Source: Eledone cirrhosa
Taxonomy: Eukaryota
Assembly (NCBI GenBank): GCA_964016885.1
Contig: OZ024741.1
Span: forward strand, 38,812,001-38,876,000
Reading direction: 5' to 3'
Length of the DNA stretch: 64,000 nucleotides
Shown here: one piece after another, positions 1-14,824 of the stretch
Numbering within the stretch: the first letter of the stretch is position 1
Layout: each line of letters opens with the position of its first letter
Notes under the pieces: generated by a model
What the model was told of the DNA's origin: nothing
The model's input: only the letters and a program-made list of their open reading frames with translations
The model's database searches: none
Made by a program: the position numbers and the translations under genes

Positions 1-265
1 GCATGTGCGTGTATATGCTCGGGGACATAGAAATAGTCGGGCTGGATGCCCGATCGCGTAAAGGACCCCTAGTCTTTGTCAGGGCATTCTTCTAGAAGAA
101 GGCAACTCAGGAACTGGGATAACTCCGATATAAAACCCGCGGCTCAGTAGTTACCGATGATGTTGATCTTTTCTTCTTTTCGGGTTATAGCTACTGTCGC
201 TCAGAGAGTGGGATTGGCTCAGTGCACAGTCTTTCCTCACTTTAAAAAATATCTTCACGCACAGA
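1..265 (+). mobile_element. Probable 5' UTR remnant of an RTE-clade LINE
   Basis: Motif GTCTTTGTCAGGGCATTCTTCTAGAAGAAGGCAACTC resembles RTE 5' UTRs as I recall them; no ORF. Confidence 0.35.
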
Positions 266-333
266 ATTAATTAATAATTATTAATAATGGTATATTGTGC
301 AATGACGATGCTCGATAACGAGTGGACAGCCAT

Positions 334-380
<47 letters not shown>

Positions 381-404
381 GATGTTCTTTTGATCAATTA
401 CATG

Positions 405-451
405 TTATTATACATATTTCGGAGGTACAACAGTACGTCCTCATCAGACAA
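405..451 (-). ncRNA. Hammerhead ribozyme-like motif, type I
   Basis: Minus strand reads UUGU-CUGAUGA-GGACGUAC(UGUU)GUACCUCC-GAAA-UAUGUAUA-AUAA. Homologue at 42262-42320 has compensatory stem II changes. Confidence 0.6.
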
Positions 452-508
452 AATATAATGATACATGACATGCCCTGAGATGTTAAATGGTTAAGATTTA
501 ATCAAGGT

Positions 509-580
<72 letters not shown>

Positions 581-648
581 TCTATTTAGATTTCTCTTTG
601 AAGGTGTTTTGAAAACTTCATAGTCAGCCTATGATAGAGTAATGCTAG

Positions 649-771
<123 letters not shown>

Positions 772-894
772 AATTTGTCTAAGAGCCTGAAGATTAAGTC
801 ACAATTCAATTTTGATCCGTCATACAAACTGGAGTTATAGTCAATATCGGGCGGCCTTGAAACTCCTTGTTCCGTGCACGAATATATATATATA

Positions 895-972
<78 letters not shown>

Positions 973-3264
973 GTGACGTTTCTGAACTGAGTAAAGACAA
1001 CATTAATAACTTTCAATTGAGATGGGGGATAACCAAGGAAAATTATTAGATCACTGAATAGAAAGATAAACGAATAAGATGATGTAAATAACAGGCATGT
1101 CTCTGTTATTAGAGAATTAACTTCACAATATTGTGTCTCTGGGGTTCGTCGCATTGCGTGGCATCTTGTATAAGTATCTTCTACCTTATAGAGCAAAAGA
1201 GAGAAAATGTCCCTGAAACACTTATTGTTGTTTCAGTCATAGGACCATGTCCCTAGGTCAATGTCTGGCTGATAGCCGATCAATGTTAACTTCCTTCGAA
1301 CACATATAGGACAAACTTGAACTCAGGACTTCACATATTTTTGCAAGCTCTATGGCAGATTCATACTCATCATGGAGATCTTTTGGAGGCAATGTTTCAT
1401 AATGCCAACCCTATTAGTCAGATGAAGGGATATTTCTCTTAGTCTAAATGTAAGTTAGTCTAAATCTGATACATGCAGAATAGGATTACGATATTACATG
1501 GGAGGGAAATCTACTGTTGTGTTCTAACAACACTGCCCACAATAACCGCAATAGCTTATGGGATTGATTCTGAACCATCATCACAGGAACTCTTATAAAC
1601 TTACTAAAGTTGAGTCACTTGATTTGGTTAAACCATTTGATACCAAACTGTCTGAAACCTGTCTTGATTCTACTATGCTAAGCCGTTTATTATACATTTT
1701 ATAATTATCGAAAACCTCTTATCATTATGAAATCATTTCTTAAGCTATTCTCGAAATAACACGCATAATAATCAGAAAAATATTTTACTACATCACCACA
1801 AATTCTTGATTATTTACAAAACTATTTGCAAATCATTAGCAATGTGTTTCACCAGAAATATGGCAATGAGTGGGTTAATGTCATTAAGCAACCATTAACT
1901 TCTACGAAGATTTGCACGCAAAACACAAATAAGGTCCACAGGACATTATCAATCATTTGACTATTATGTTTGTTGTTGTTCTTTTTAATTTATTCAACGA
2001 AATTTGAAGCCTTGGGACAAGAAGAAACTACATAAAGCAAGAAGGAAACAAAATTGGGGCAAGGGAAGAGGAGGAAAAAAGAGAAAAAAAGAAAGTAGGA
2101 AGGAGCAGAGAAAAAAGAACGAAGATAAAATGAAGATAAAATGAAGACGGGTAAAATCATGTTTCTTAATGTATGAAAACCTGTATGAAGAAATACAGAG
2201 AAAACAAAATCGAAACAAAACAAGTAGAACGCAAGCAGAACAAACAATAAAGTAAATAAATAAATAAGTAGAAGAAGAAAGAAGCAGGAAGGAAGAGAAA
2301 TGGCGGAAACATTTATAAATTAAAAACTTATTTAAAAACGCTCACATCTAAACAAGCATTATTTCTTCCATCTAGTTTAGCATCAAATGAAAATTAATGT
2401 TTTTGTTTGTATTCTATTATTTTCGTGAATCTAAAAATGTTTAGTACATAATGATTCATTTTTGATTTTCCATTTTGTTGTTTTAAATTTGAACTAGTTT
2501 TTTGTTTCTATGTTTCCCTGTTCTAACTCAAAACATCCTGTAATGGTTTAGAAGAAAATATCCAAAAATGGATTTATGATTTCAAATATTTTTAGTATCT
2601 TTACTAGTGGACAAAGTTGCAACAAACTGAAATAAAGACTTTGATATTTGACTTTTCAAGGATGTTTTGCTCATGCGATTTCATGCTGCACAGAACACTT
2701 ATTGTTTTATCGGTTTCAGTCATTTGAAAGGATTTAATCGATTACATCGATCTCAGTGCCTAATATATATTATAGTCTGGTACTTACTTTATCGATCTCT
2801 TTTGTCGAACAAACTGCTCACTTACGTGACCAGCAAATTTTATGAGGCACACAGACACACAGACACACACACACACAAACACACACACATACACACACAC
2901 ACAAACACACATATACACACACACATAAACACACACACACACACACACATAATTATAATTTATATCTGTTTAAATACAGAGTGTCCAATGGAGACTGCAC
3001 CAAAGTTTATAAATATATACACATATGTAATATGATGGCATGTTAACATTTCCCTGTAGATTTAAAAAAACGATAAACTAATTGATTTTTCAGATCTAAT
3101 TGGCCCCTCATCAGAGGACGTTTTTATCATCCAATCAACCACAAGGAAACGTACTTGAAACTAGTATTATTCTGAAATGGATGTCCTAATTTGCATATAA
3201 TAACCGCTCGTTGGTAATTGATCAATATATATATATATGCATATAAATATATATATATACGATA

Positions 3265-3395
3265 CGACTTGCTTTCACCACAAGTTTTGTTACAAACAGA
3301 GGCTATTGTAAAATAAACTTAATCAAGATGCCACACAGTGGGACTGAACCCGAAACTCTGTGGTTGCGAAGTGAACTCTTTAACCACACAACCAT
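3265..3395 (-). mobile_element. tRNA-derived SINE head, second family
   Basis: Minus strand TGGTTGTGTGG...GGGTTCAGTCCC gives A/B-box-like motifs. Confidence 0.55.
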
Positions 3396-3578
3396 ATCTA
3401 CATCTATAGATTCTCATCAAATGAATCATTTAATTTATTGTGGTTTGGATCTGATTTTTTATTTAAAAATCATAAAACTGTTGAGAAGTGAATGATACAT
3501 TTTGTTCTCCATTTGATGTTTTGTATGTTCATCTTAATAAATTTGGTTTTTGTTTATAGATATTTCCTTTGTGTGTGC

Positions 3579-3655
<77 letters not shown>

Positions 3656-4149
3656 TATACACACTGACACAACACATATATATATGTATATGTGTGTGTG
3701 TGTGTGTATATACATAATTACGCCCCCCTCCCCCCCCCCACACACACACATATATATATATATACCTTGCTTGTTTAGAAATTTTTTTCTAACCCCGTTT
3801 TTTCTTCGCTACATTTCCTATCCTTTTTAGGATTTTGAAATTTGTGGCTAAAGAACCGCTCTCTCTCCTCTTTGGTAAATCCTCCCGTTTCTATTACCTC
3901 TATAAGGAAGTGGATATCTAACGTTTCAGCATTTACCTGTGTATGTGTCTTGGTGGGCAAGGAATGGGTTGTAATGGTGGTATTGGTAAAGGTTATAGTA
4001 TTGGAGGTAGTAGAGGTGGTGGTTGTAGTATTATTAGTATAATTATTATGTGGATTGGCAATATCGGTAGAGCGTCAGACACCATGCTTTGCAAGCATAG
4101 ACTTATGGCCCTTTACGTTCCGAGCTCAAATCCCACCGACATTAGCTTT

Positions 4150-4727
4150 GCCTAAACAATGAACAGGTGTGGTCAAGAAGAGACCGCGACTGGGTGACTG
4201 GCATCTAGAATGTTGCGAGGCACTGACTGCCCTCTGCCAGGTGGGCAATGCAGTCAGTGGAACTTCCACTCTCGAGTTCTATAGAGGATTAGTGGTGGGA
4301 AAGTGCGACGATGCAATCGGAGGGGCTCTGGGCGTTGACGAAGTCGAACTAACCAGTCTGTTCCGCAGGACTTTCGAGCCGGGGATGATGGATAAGTTCC
4401 AGAAATCCCTCGCTTGGCAGTGCTACCGGGGGGCACTGCCGGTTCGAGATAAACTCTACAGGTAGGAAGTGCTGTCAGACGGACCTGCCCGAGATGCGCG
4501 TAGAGTGACGAAACCGTTATGCACGCACTCGTCCAGTGTCCGTGCATTACTGACTTGTGAAGTTATGTCGAACAGATGTTGTCGCGTGTAGAACGGATCC
4601 GGCTATCGGCCAAGTCCATAGTGAGTTCGACTCGCCGCCTTCTTTTGGTGAGGAAGGGCAGGCAATATTCCTCTGTCTGGTGGCAGTTGCGAAAGAGGTT
4701 GTATGGTGGACCAGGTGGAAAGGACTG
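4150..4727 (+). mobile_element. Tx1-clade LINE ORF2 fragment (C-terminal zinc-finger region), degraded
   Basis: Near-identical to 30640-31275 (KKRPRLGDWHLECC...WQCYRGALPVRDKLY) but with stops and a deletion; follows a SINE head at ~4050-4150. Confidence 0.85.
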
Positions 4728-5197
4728 GTGGTGGTTGTGGTGGTTGTGGTGGTTGTGGTGGGGTGGGGTGGGGGTGGTTTTGGTGGTTGTGGTTGTGGTG
4801 GTTGTTGTTGTGGTGGTGGTGGTGGTTGTGGTGGTTGCCGTTGTGGTGGTTGTCGTTGTGGTGGTTGTCGTTGTGATGGTGGTGGTTGTGGTGGTAGTGG
4901 TATTGGTAGTGGTAGTAGTAGTGGTATTGGTGGTGGTAGGGGTGGTGGTAGTAGTAGTGGTATTGGTAGGTGTAGTGGTTTTGGTATTGGTAGTAGTAAT
5001 GGTAGTGGATGTGGTGGTGGTGGTAGTGGTAGTAGTGGTAATGGTAGTGTTCGTGGTGGTAGTGGTAGTGCTAGTGGTAGTGTTGGTTGTGGTGAGGCAG
5101 GGAGACAGCTCAGTACCACAAGCAGGCCCAATTGCATCGTTATCACAATGTTTGTTTTGTCTGACTGCCAAGTTGGTCTGTCTGCTCTACATTGACT

Positions 5198-5274
<77 letters not shown>

Positions 5275-5331
5275 GGTGGTGGTGGTGGTGGTGTTGGTGG
5301 TGGTGGTGGTGGTGGTGGTGGTAGCAGCAGC

Positions 5332-5377
<46 letters not shown>

Positions 5378-5416
5378 ATAGTAGTAGTAGTGATGGTGGT
5401 GGTGGTGGTGGTTGTT

Positions 5417-5449
<33 letters not shown>

Positions 5450-5466
5450 ATAGTAGTAGTAGTAGT

Positions 5467-5497
<31 letters not shown>

Positions 5498-5539
5498 TTT
5501 GTTGTAGTAGTAGTAGTGGTTGTAGTAGTAGTAGCAGTC

Positions 5540-5610
<71 letters not shown>

Positions 5611-5614
5611 TATA

Positions 5615-5704
<90 letters not shown>

Positions 5705-5776
5705 CAGCAGTAGTAGTAGCAGTAGTAGCAGTAGTAGCAGTAGTAGTAGTAGTTATATAGTAGTAGTAGTAGTAGT

Positions 5777-5875
<99 letters not shown>

Positions 5876-5924
5876 TATATAGTAGTAGTAGTAGTAGTAG
5901 CAGTAGCAGCAGCAGTAGTAGTAA

Positions 5925-5975
<51 letters not shown>

Positions 5976-6000
5976 CAGCAGTAGTAGTAGCAGTAGTAGT
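4728..6000. repeat. Compound (GGT)n/(AGT)n/(AGC)n microsatellite
   Basis: Direct reading; explains the poly-V/S/G/T ORFs. Confidence 0.95.
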
Positions 6001-6362
6001 AGAGAATTAGTTGTATGTTTCTGTGGAGGTGTTGGTGGTAGTAATATTCGTAGCTATTCGATTGTTGTTGTTGTTGTTTTTGTTGTTGTTTTCCTTCTTC
6101 TTCGTCTTCTTCCCATTGTTATAGAAGACATCTACAGTCAGACATTTCAAGTTGTATAGATATTATTATATAATTACCAGTAATACACTGGTATAATTGC
6201 TGGCCTTGTACGAAAAAGTAGAAACAATTATTGAGATTGTTGTTGTAATTGTTGTTCTTCACCCTCACCTTTCTCCCCCTCCCATTCCTTATTGTTCTAG
6301 AATCATTACAGTCTACTTTGTCTCATCTGTACAAGAAATGGAGAGAAAGACTCCGTAATAAA

Positions 6363-9312
6363 ACTACCACCAGCACTCCCTGCAGCACCACCACCACCAC
6401 CACAACCACCACAACCAGCACCACCACCACCACAACCAGCACTCCCTGCACCACCACCACCACCACAACCACCTCCACAACCACCACAACCAGCACCACC
6501 AGCACTCCCTGCAGCACCACCACCACCACCACAACCACCTCCACAACCACCACAACCAGCACCACCAGCACTCCCTGCAGCACCACCACCACCACCACAA
6601 CCACCACAACCAGCACCACCACCACCACAACCAGCACTCCCTGCACCACCACCGCCACCACAACCACCTCCACAACCACCACAACCAGCACCACCACCAC
6701 CACCACAACCACCACAACCAGCACCACCACCACCACAACCAGCACTCCCTGCACCACCACCACCACCACAACCACCTCCACAACCACCACAACCAGCACC
6801 ACCAGCACTCCCTGCAGCACCACCACCACCACCACAACCACCACAACCAGCACCACCACCACCACAACCAGCACTCCCTGCACCACCACCACCACCACAA
6901 CCACCTCCACAACCACCACAACCAGCACCACCACCACCACCATCACCAGCACCACCAGCACTCCCTGCAGCACCACCACCACCACCACCACAACCAGCAC
7001 CACCACCACCACCATCACCAGCACCACCAGCACTCCCTGCAGCACCACCACAACCACCACCACCAGCACTCCCTGCAGCAGCACCACAACCACCACCACC
7101 ACCACCACAAACAGCACCACCACCACCACCACAACCAGCACCACCAGCACTCCCTGCACCACCACCACAACCACCACCACCAGCACTCCCTGCAGCACCA
7201 CCACAACCACCACCACCACCACCACAACCAGCACCACCACCACCACCATCACCAGCACCACCAGCACTCCCTGCACCACCACCACAACCAGCACCACCAG
7301 CACTCCCTGCAGCACCACCACAACCAGCACCACCAGCACTCCCTGCACCACCACCACAACCACCACCACAACCACCACCACCACCACCACAACCACCACC
7401 ACCAGCACTCCCTGCAGCACCACCACAACCACCACCACCACCACCACAAACAGCACCACCACCACAACCACAACCACCACCACAACCACCACCACCAGCA
7501 CTCCCTGCACCACCACCACAACCACCACCACCAGCACTCCCTGCAGCACCACCACAACCACCACCACCACAAACAGCACCACCACAACCACAACCAGCAC
7601 CACCAGCACTCCCTGCACCACCACCACAACCACCACCACCACCACCACAACCACCACCACCACCACAACCACAACCACCACCACAACCACCGCCACCAGC
7701 ACTCCCTGCACCACCACCACAACCACCACCGCCACCACCACAACCAGCACCACCAGCACTCCCTGCACCACCACCACCACTACAACCACAACCAGCACCA
7801 CCAGCACTCCCTGCACCACCACCACAACCACGACCACCACCACCACAACCACCACCACCACCACCACAACCACCACCACAACCACCACCACCACCACCAC
7901 AACCACCACCACCACCACCACCACCACCACCACCACCACCACCACCACCACCACCACCACCACAACCACCACCACCAGCACTCCCTGCACCACCACCACC
8001 GCCACCACCACAACCAGCACCACCAGCACTCCCTGCACCACCACCACCACCACAACCACAACCAGCACCACCAGCACTCCCTGCACCACCACCACAACCA
8101 CCACCACCACCACCACCACCACCACCACCACCACCACCACCACCACAACCAGCACCACCAGCACTCCCTGCACCACCACCACCACCACAACCACAACCAG
8201 CACCACCAGCACTCCCTGCACCACCACCACAACCACCACCACCACCACCACAACCACCACCACAACCACAACCACCACCACGACCACCACCACCAGCACT
8301 CCCTGCACCACCACCACAACCACCACCGCCACCACCACAACCAGCACCACCAGCACTCCCTGCACCACCACCACCACTACAACCACAACCAGCACCACCA
8401 GCACTCCCTGCACCACCACCACAACCACGACCACCACCACCACAACCACCACCACCACCACCACAACCACCACCACAACCACCACCACCACCACAACCAC
8501 CACCACCACCACCACCACCACCACCACCACCACCACCACCACCACCACCACAACCACCACCACCAGCACTCCCTGCACCACCACCACCGCCACCACCACA
8601 ACCAGCACCACCACCACCACAACCACCACCACCACCACCACAACCACCACCACCACCACCACCACCACCACCACAACCACCACCACCAGCACTCCCTGCA
8701 CCACCCCACAACCACCACCGCCACCACCACAACCAGCACCACCAGCACTCCCTGCACCACCACCACAACCACCACCACCACCACCACAACCACCACCACC
8801 ACAACCACAACCAGCACCACTAGCACTCCCTGCACCACCACCACAACCACCACCACCACCACCACAACCACCACCACCACCACCACAACCACCACCACCA
8901 CCACCACAACCAGCACCACCATCACCACCACAACCACCAGAACCACCACCACAACCACCACCACCAGCACACCCTGCACCACCACCACAACCACCACCAA
9001 AACCACCATCACCAGCACCACCATCACCACCACAACCACCACAACGATCACCACAACCAGCACCACCAGCACCACCAGCACCACCACAACCACCACAACC
9101 ACCACAACCACCACCACCACCACCACAGCCAGCACTCCCTGCACCACCACCACCACCATAACCACCACCACAACCACCACCACCACCACCACAACCACCA
9201 CCACCACCACCAGCACTCCCTGCAGCACCACCAACACCATAACCACCACCACCATCACCACCACCACAACAACAACCAGCATCCCCTATCACCACCATCA
9301 TCACCAGCATCA
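6363..9312. repeat. (CCA)n-based minisatellite with recurrent ACCAGCACTCCCTGC motif
   Basis: Direct reading; yields the 970/998/834-aa low-complexity ORFs. Confidence 0.95.
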
Positions 9313-9546
9313 ATGACAAGAAGAAGAAGAAGAAGAATATAACACTATAAGGTTATATTAAAGTTTTAACAATTTAATAAAATTTGAAAACAAGAAATGG
9401 TAGATTTATGTTTTCAATATTTCTACTTTGCCTTTCATCCTTACGGGGTAGATACCAGCAATGCACTGGTGTCTTTGCTGGCCTTGTGTCAAAATTAGAA
9501 ACAATATTTCTAAAAGTATTGAAGACCAATATAATTGTGTCGTATT

Positions 9547-9547
9547 G

Positions 9548-9630
<83 letters not shown>

Positions 9631-9631
9631 G

Positions 9632-9667
<36 letters not shown>

Positions 9668-9691
9668 GCAATTGTAGCAGCAGTAATAGTG

Positions 9692-9752
<61 letters not shown>

Positions 9753-9775
9753 CAGTTGTAGCAGCAGTAGTAGTG

Positions 9776-9830
<55 letters not shown>

Positions 9831-9949
9831 CAGCAGTAGTAACATGAGTGGTGGTGGTGGTGGTGGTAGTAGTAGTAGTAGCAGTAGTAGTAGCAGTAGT
9901 AGTAGTAGTATTAGTAGTAGTAGTAGCAGTTGTAGCAGCAGTAGTAGTG

Positions 9950-10024
<75 letters not shown>

Positions 10025-10066
10025 GTAGTAGCAGTTGTAGCAGCAGTAGTAGTGGTGGTGGTGGTC

Positions 10067-10127
<61 letters not shown>

Positions 10128-10201
10128 CAGCAGTAGTAGCAGGAGTGGTGGTGGTGGTGGTAGTAGTAGTAGTAGCAGTAGTAGTAGCAGTAGTAGTAGT
10201 G

Positions 10202-10232
<31 letters not shown>

Positions 10233-10248
10233 CAGTAGTAGTAGCAGC

Positions 10249-10310
<62 letters not shown>

Positions 10311-10372
10311 CAGCAGTAGTAGCAGCAGTGGTAGTAGTAGTAGTAGCAGTAGTAGTAGCAGTAGTAGTAGTG

Positions 10373-10403
<31 letters not shown>

Positions 10404-10446
10404 CAGTAGTAGTAGCAGTAGTAGTAGTAGTAGTAGTAGTAGCAGC

Positions 10447-10496
<50 letters not shown>

Positions 10497-11080
10497 CAGC
10501 AGCAGTAGTAGCAGCAGTGGTAGTAGTAGTAGCAGGAGTAGAGGCAGCAGTAGTAGCAGCAGTAGTAGCAGCAGTAGTAGCAGCAGTGGTAGTAGTAGTA
10601 GAAGCAGTAGTAGAAGCAGTAGTAGTAGTAGTAGCAGTAGTATTAGCAGCAGTAGTAGCAGCAGTAGTAGCAGCAGTAGTAGCAGCAGTGGTAGTAGTAG
10701 TAGAAGCAGTAGTAGAAGCAGTAGTAGTAGTAGTAGCAGTAGTATTAGCAGCAGTAGTAGCAGCAGTAGGAGCAGCAGTAGTAGTAGTAGTAGCAGTAGT
10801 ATTAGCAGCAGTAGTAGCAGCAGTAGGAGCAGCAGTAGTAGTAGTAGTAGCAGTAGTATTAGCAGCAGTAGTAGCAGCAGTAGGAGCAGCAGTAGTAGTA
10901 GTAGTAGCAGTAGTATTAGCAGCAGTAGTAGCAGCAGTAGGAGCAGCAGTAGTAGTAGTAGTAGCAGTAGTATTAGCAGCAGTAGTAGCAGCAGTAGGAG
11001 CAGCAGTAGTAGTAGTAGTAGCAGTAGTATTAGCAGCAGTAGTAGCAGCAGTAGGAGCAGCAGTAGTAGTAGTGGTAGTG
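9547..11080. repeat. (AGT/AGC/GGT)n array with a 57-bp higher-order unit at ~10720-11070
   Basis: The AGTATTAGCAGC...GGAGCAGC unit recurs every 57 bp. Confidence 0.9.
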
Positions 11081-11475
11081 GAAACAATTTCAGGAAGTTT
11101 TAAAAAGGCATTCGTCATTTCTTGAAAACGAAAACATATTTATTAAATCAACTGAACAGCTTAGCGTGAATGTTACACACACATGAGATTGTAGTCATAC
11201 ACAAACACACTCACATACACACACGCATACACATATAGATATATGTGTGTGTGTGTGTGTGAGTTTGAGTGCGAGTGAATGTGTGTTTGTGTATATGTAC
11301 GGACATATATATATATGTATGTATTTTGTATGTCTATACACACGTGCATATATCTATATACGTACACACACATACACACACGCATACACACACATATATA
11401 TATATATATATAATACACACATACACATACATACACACACATACACACACACATATATATATATATATATTGAGA

Positions 11476-11642
11476 GAAGGAGGAGGAGGAGAAGAAGAAG
11501 AAGAAGAAGAAGAAGAAGAAGAAGAAGAAGAAGAAGAAGAAGAAGAAGAAGAAGAAGAAGAAGAAGAAGAAGAAGAAGAAGAAGAAGAAGAAGAAGAAAG
11601 GGTTGGAGGAAAAAGAAAAAAAAGAAGAAGAAGAAGAAGAAG
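11476..11642. repeat. (GAA)n microsatellite
   Basis: Direct reading. Confidence 0.95.
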
Positions 11643-11837
11643 AGCAACAACAACATCTACAAGACGTTAAACGTGACGTCAATGACAAAGGACTTAGAAC
11701 CAACAGACCCAGAAGACAACAAGAGAGATAGATAGATAGGGGAGAGATAGAGTAACAGAGAGGGAAAGAGAGAGAAAGTGAGAGAGAGAGTAAGGGGGAG
11801 AGAGTAAGAGCGAGATAATGAGAGAGAGGGGAGAGAA

Positions 11838-11879
<42 letters not shown>

Positions 11880-12060
11880 TTGCAATGAGTGTGAGGTTGT
11901 TATAGTAGTGTTATCACAGGTTAATGACCGCGAAACAATGACACACAATATGACAGCTGTGCGGTCTATATCAATTAATAATTACATCCATTTTGACACT
12001 TACTAAGGTCAATGTTACACCTATCTATCAATCCATCAACCTACCTACCTATCTATCTAT

Positions 12061-12405
12061 CGAAGAAGGATCAGGATGGAGAGAGAGATGCTCAACCGCA
12101 GTCGTTTTTATGAAAGGTGGGTGAAAGTGGCGAGAATGGCCCGTGTGAATGGGCCTTCTTTCTACATCAACCTGTAGGTGGAAATGAGGAAGGAACGAGG
12201 GAGCACCCTCTCTCTGTGCTCCTGAGGAGAAGGGGTTGCACACTTTTTTCGGGGGTGTGTGCGACCCCCCAAACGCCCCCTCCCTATTGAGGACTTTATT
12301 GTTAATTTTATATTTGTTATTTGTTTTCTTTACTCGCCTTTTTGTGTAAACTCCCCCCTTGTATTTGTCCCCTTCTTTTGCGCCCTAGTGGCAATAAATA
12401 GAAAT
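12061..12405 (+). mobile_element. Tx1 LINE 3' end inserted in (TCTA)n
   Basis: ORF2 C-terminus (RRRIRMEREM...RWVKVARMARVNGP), then 3' UTR ending GCCCTAGTGGCAATAAATAGAAA-TCTATCTATCT. Confidence 0.85.
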
Positions 12406-12414
12406 CTATCTATC

Positions 12415-12806
12415 TGAGACAACAACTTATCCCCTTCTTTAAGTATCAGTTCAGAAGGAAGGTGAGAGTGGAGAGAGAGGTGCTACACCCCAGTAAATTC
12501 GCTGAAAGGTGGGTGAATGTGGCGATAATGGCCTGTATATAAACCTGTAGATTTAGGAAGATAAACAGAGGGAAGACGGGAACATCTACAAAACGTCTTC
12601 CTGATGTTGAAGGTTGTTCTATCCACAGGGTGTAAAACAACCCTGCAGCAATGTTCCCCCCTATTGGGGATTTCAATTGTTATTTTATTATATATAGTTT
12701 ATTATTATTTATTAATGTTAAAGTTATATGATTTTTATGGAAAACCCCGCCGTCACGTCTTGTAATGTCCCATTTTTGTACGCCCCTGTGGCAAATAAAG
12801 AAAGAT
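12415..12806 (+). mobile_element. Tx1 LINE 3' end, second subfamily, in (TCTA)n
   Basis: FRRKVRVEREVL...ERWVNVA, ending GCCCCTGTGGCAAATAAAGAAAGA-TATCTATCT. Confidence 0.8.
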
Positions 12807-12835
12807 ATCTATCTATATATCTATCTATCTCTATC

Positions 12836-14516
12836 TCCTTTTTAGTGGAGGGGAAAAGACCTCAGTGCCATAAGTGTGGGAAAACCACACACTTAAAGAC
12901 CTTTTGCCCTCTCTTAAACAAACCAGGGACAAACAAGGTGCTACTACCAACACCAAAACTCCAACATCAACACCCCAAACGAAAGACAACACAAAAACTT
13001 GCAACATCCACTCCCACACCACCACAGACCAGAGACAACCACACACACAACATCCCACTGAAAAACCCTCCCTTGCCTCCTGCCTACCTGTCAAATACTT
13101 CCACAAACACCTGCACAAACACTCCACCACGCAACATACCCCTCCCATCTACCCCTGATTCAGAAGTCTCAGACATGCCAACCTCTACATCTCCAAGTGA
13201 AGATGAAGAGGAACCCCCAAAAATCCCAAAACAAAAAAGAGACAAAAAATAACACAAAAGCAAAAACATCAACAGAAAACACGCACACACCCAACCCTAC
13301 CATAAACATACCACCACAAACGACAAACACACCAACAACACAATCACCACCAACACAACCAAACACTTCACCAACAAAACAAACACCCACACCACCACAA
13401 TCACAAACCCCAACCGCAAAAAGAAAACTACAATCAGAAACGGTACACACAAAAAACACACATTAAACATACATATAAACAACAAACAAAGAACTAGTAG
13501 AAACTGTCCGAAAGGACCCTACTATCCAAACGGAAGGGAAAACCTTCCCCACCAACGACCCACCCCCAAACCTCAAACTGATCATCAGGGTAACAACCCT
13601 ACAACATGAAACATTAAAAGGGAACTTCCCACATGATGTGGGCACCCCTTGCCAAAAACCCCTTAACCGTGTCCTGCTAAAAGGACCCCCCCCCCTCCAA
13701 ACACCCGTAATCTAGACATAGAGATCGAACAACCCGACCTCCAGGAAACTAAAAGGTAAGTGTTCCTGCCTTTTCTCTCTCTAACTCTTCTTCACCAACA
13801 TGGCGACTATACAAGTTGGATGTTTGAATGTACGTGGTCTGGGCATGCCATGGAAACAGAGCCAATTTTTAAAGGACCTCAGGTCACATTGTATAGATGT
13901 GATAGCCATCACCGTGTCCAGGATTCACGACAAGCAGCAGCTAACTCCCATGTTCGATGACTTTGAGATCTACGCATCTCTCTGTCAGCCAGGAGATGGA
14001 GGGGGAGTTGCTGTTCTGTTTCGAAAAAACCTGAATCTCAAAGTACAGACGATTCACTTGGACCCGGAGGGAAGTCTGGTGGTCCTGGACGTGAATGGTA
14101 GTGAAAGTGGAGCTTTCAGACTGGTGGCCGTATATACCCCGACTGGGACATCGCGACCAGAGTTCTTCAAGCGTCTGGAGCCATTCCTGGGAACGTCTCG
14201 CTCCTTAGTGTTAGCGGGGACTGGAATGGCATCTTAGACGCACGTTGGGACTACGTAGGAGCTTGTGATAATAGAGGGAGGTGTTAGCCTAAAAAACTGG
14301 CTGATAGATATCGACTGAGGGTTGTTCTATCCACGGGGTGTATAACAACCCCGCAGTCGCGTTACCCCCCCCCCCCCCCCCTAATGGAGATTTCATTTGT
14401 TTTATTTTATATAGTTTATTGTTATTTATCATTGTTAAAGATTTTATGTAAAACCCCCGCCGACACGTCTTGTAATGTCTCATCTTTGTGCGCCCCTGTG
14501 GCAAATAAAGAAAGAT
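12836..14516 (+). mobile_element. Internally deleted Tx1 LINE: ORF1 C-terminus, APE endonuclease start, 3' UTR
   Basis: ORF1 gag knuckle CHKCGKTTHLKTFC (CX2CX4HX4C) followed by a P/T-rich tail; ORF2 starts MATIQVGCLNVRGL; joined at ~14310 to the same 3' UTR as 12610-12806. Confidence 0.8.
13800..14237 (+). pseudogene. AP-endonuclease domain of Tx1 ORF2, truncated
   Basis: LNVRGL, DVIAI, GGVAVL and LVAVY motifs of L1/Tx1 APE. Confidence 0.85.
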
Positions 14517-14639
14517 ATCTATCTATATCTATCTATCTATCTCTATATCTATCTATCTATCTCTATATCTATCTATATCTATCTCTCTATCTATTTATCT
14601 ATCTTTCTACAAAATAGAAAAACATTATGGTGTAGGAAA

Positions 14640-14824
14640 GAAGAAGAGACACACAATAAAAACCCAGTCACTAAGGTGGTCACAGAATGTGTGACGAAAC
14701 AGCTTTGACAATGTATAATCCGGTTATCGAACTAACCAACCAACCGAAAATTTATAATAAATTGAAGTGAAAACCAACAGGTACATGTGTTGTTATTGGC
14801 AACATAATCCTCTCAAAGTATAAC

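Noticed and set aside
3075-3120. Minus-strand CTGATGA...GAAA
   Set aside because: Stem II is weak and there is no convincing stem I or III.
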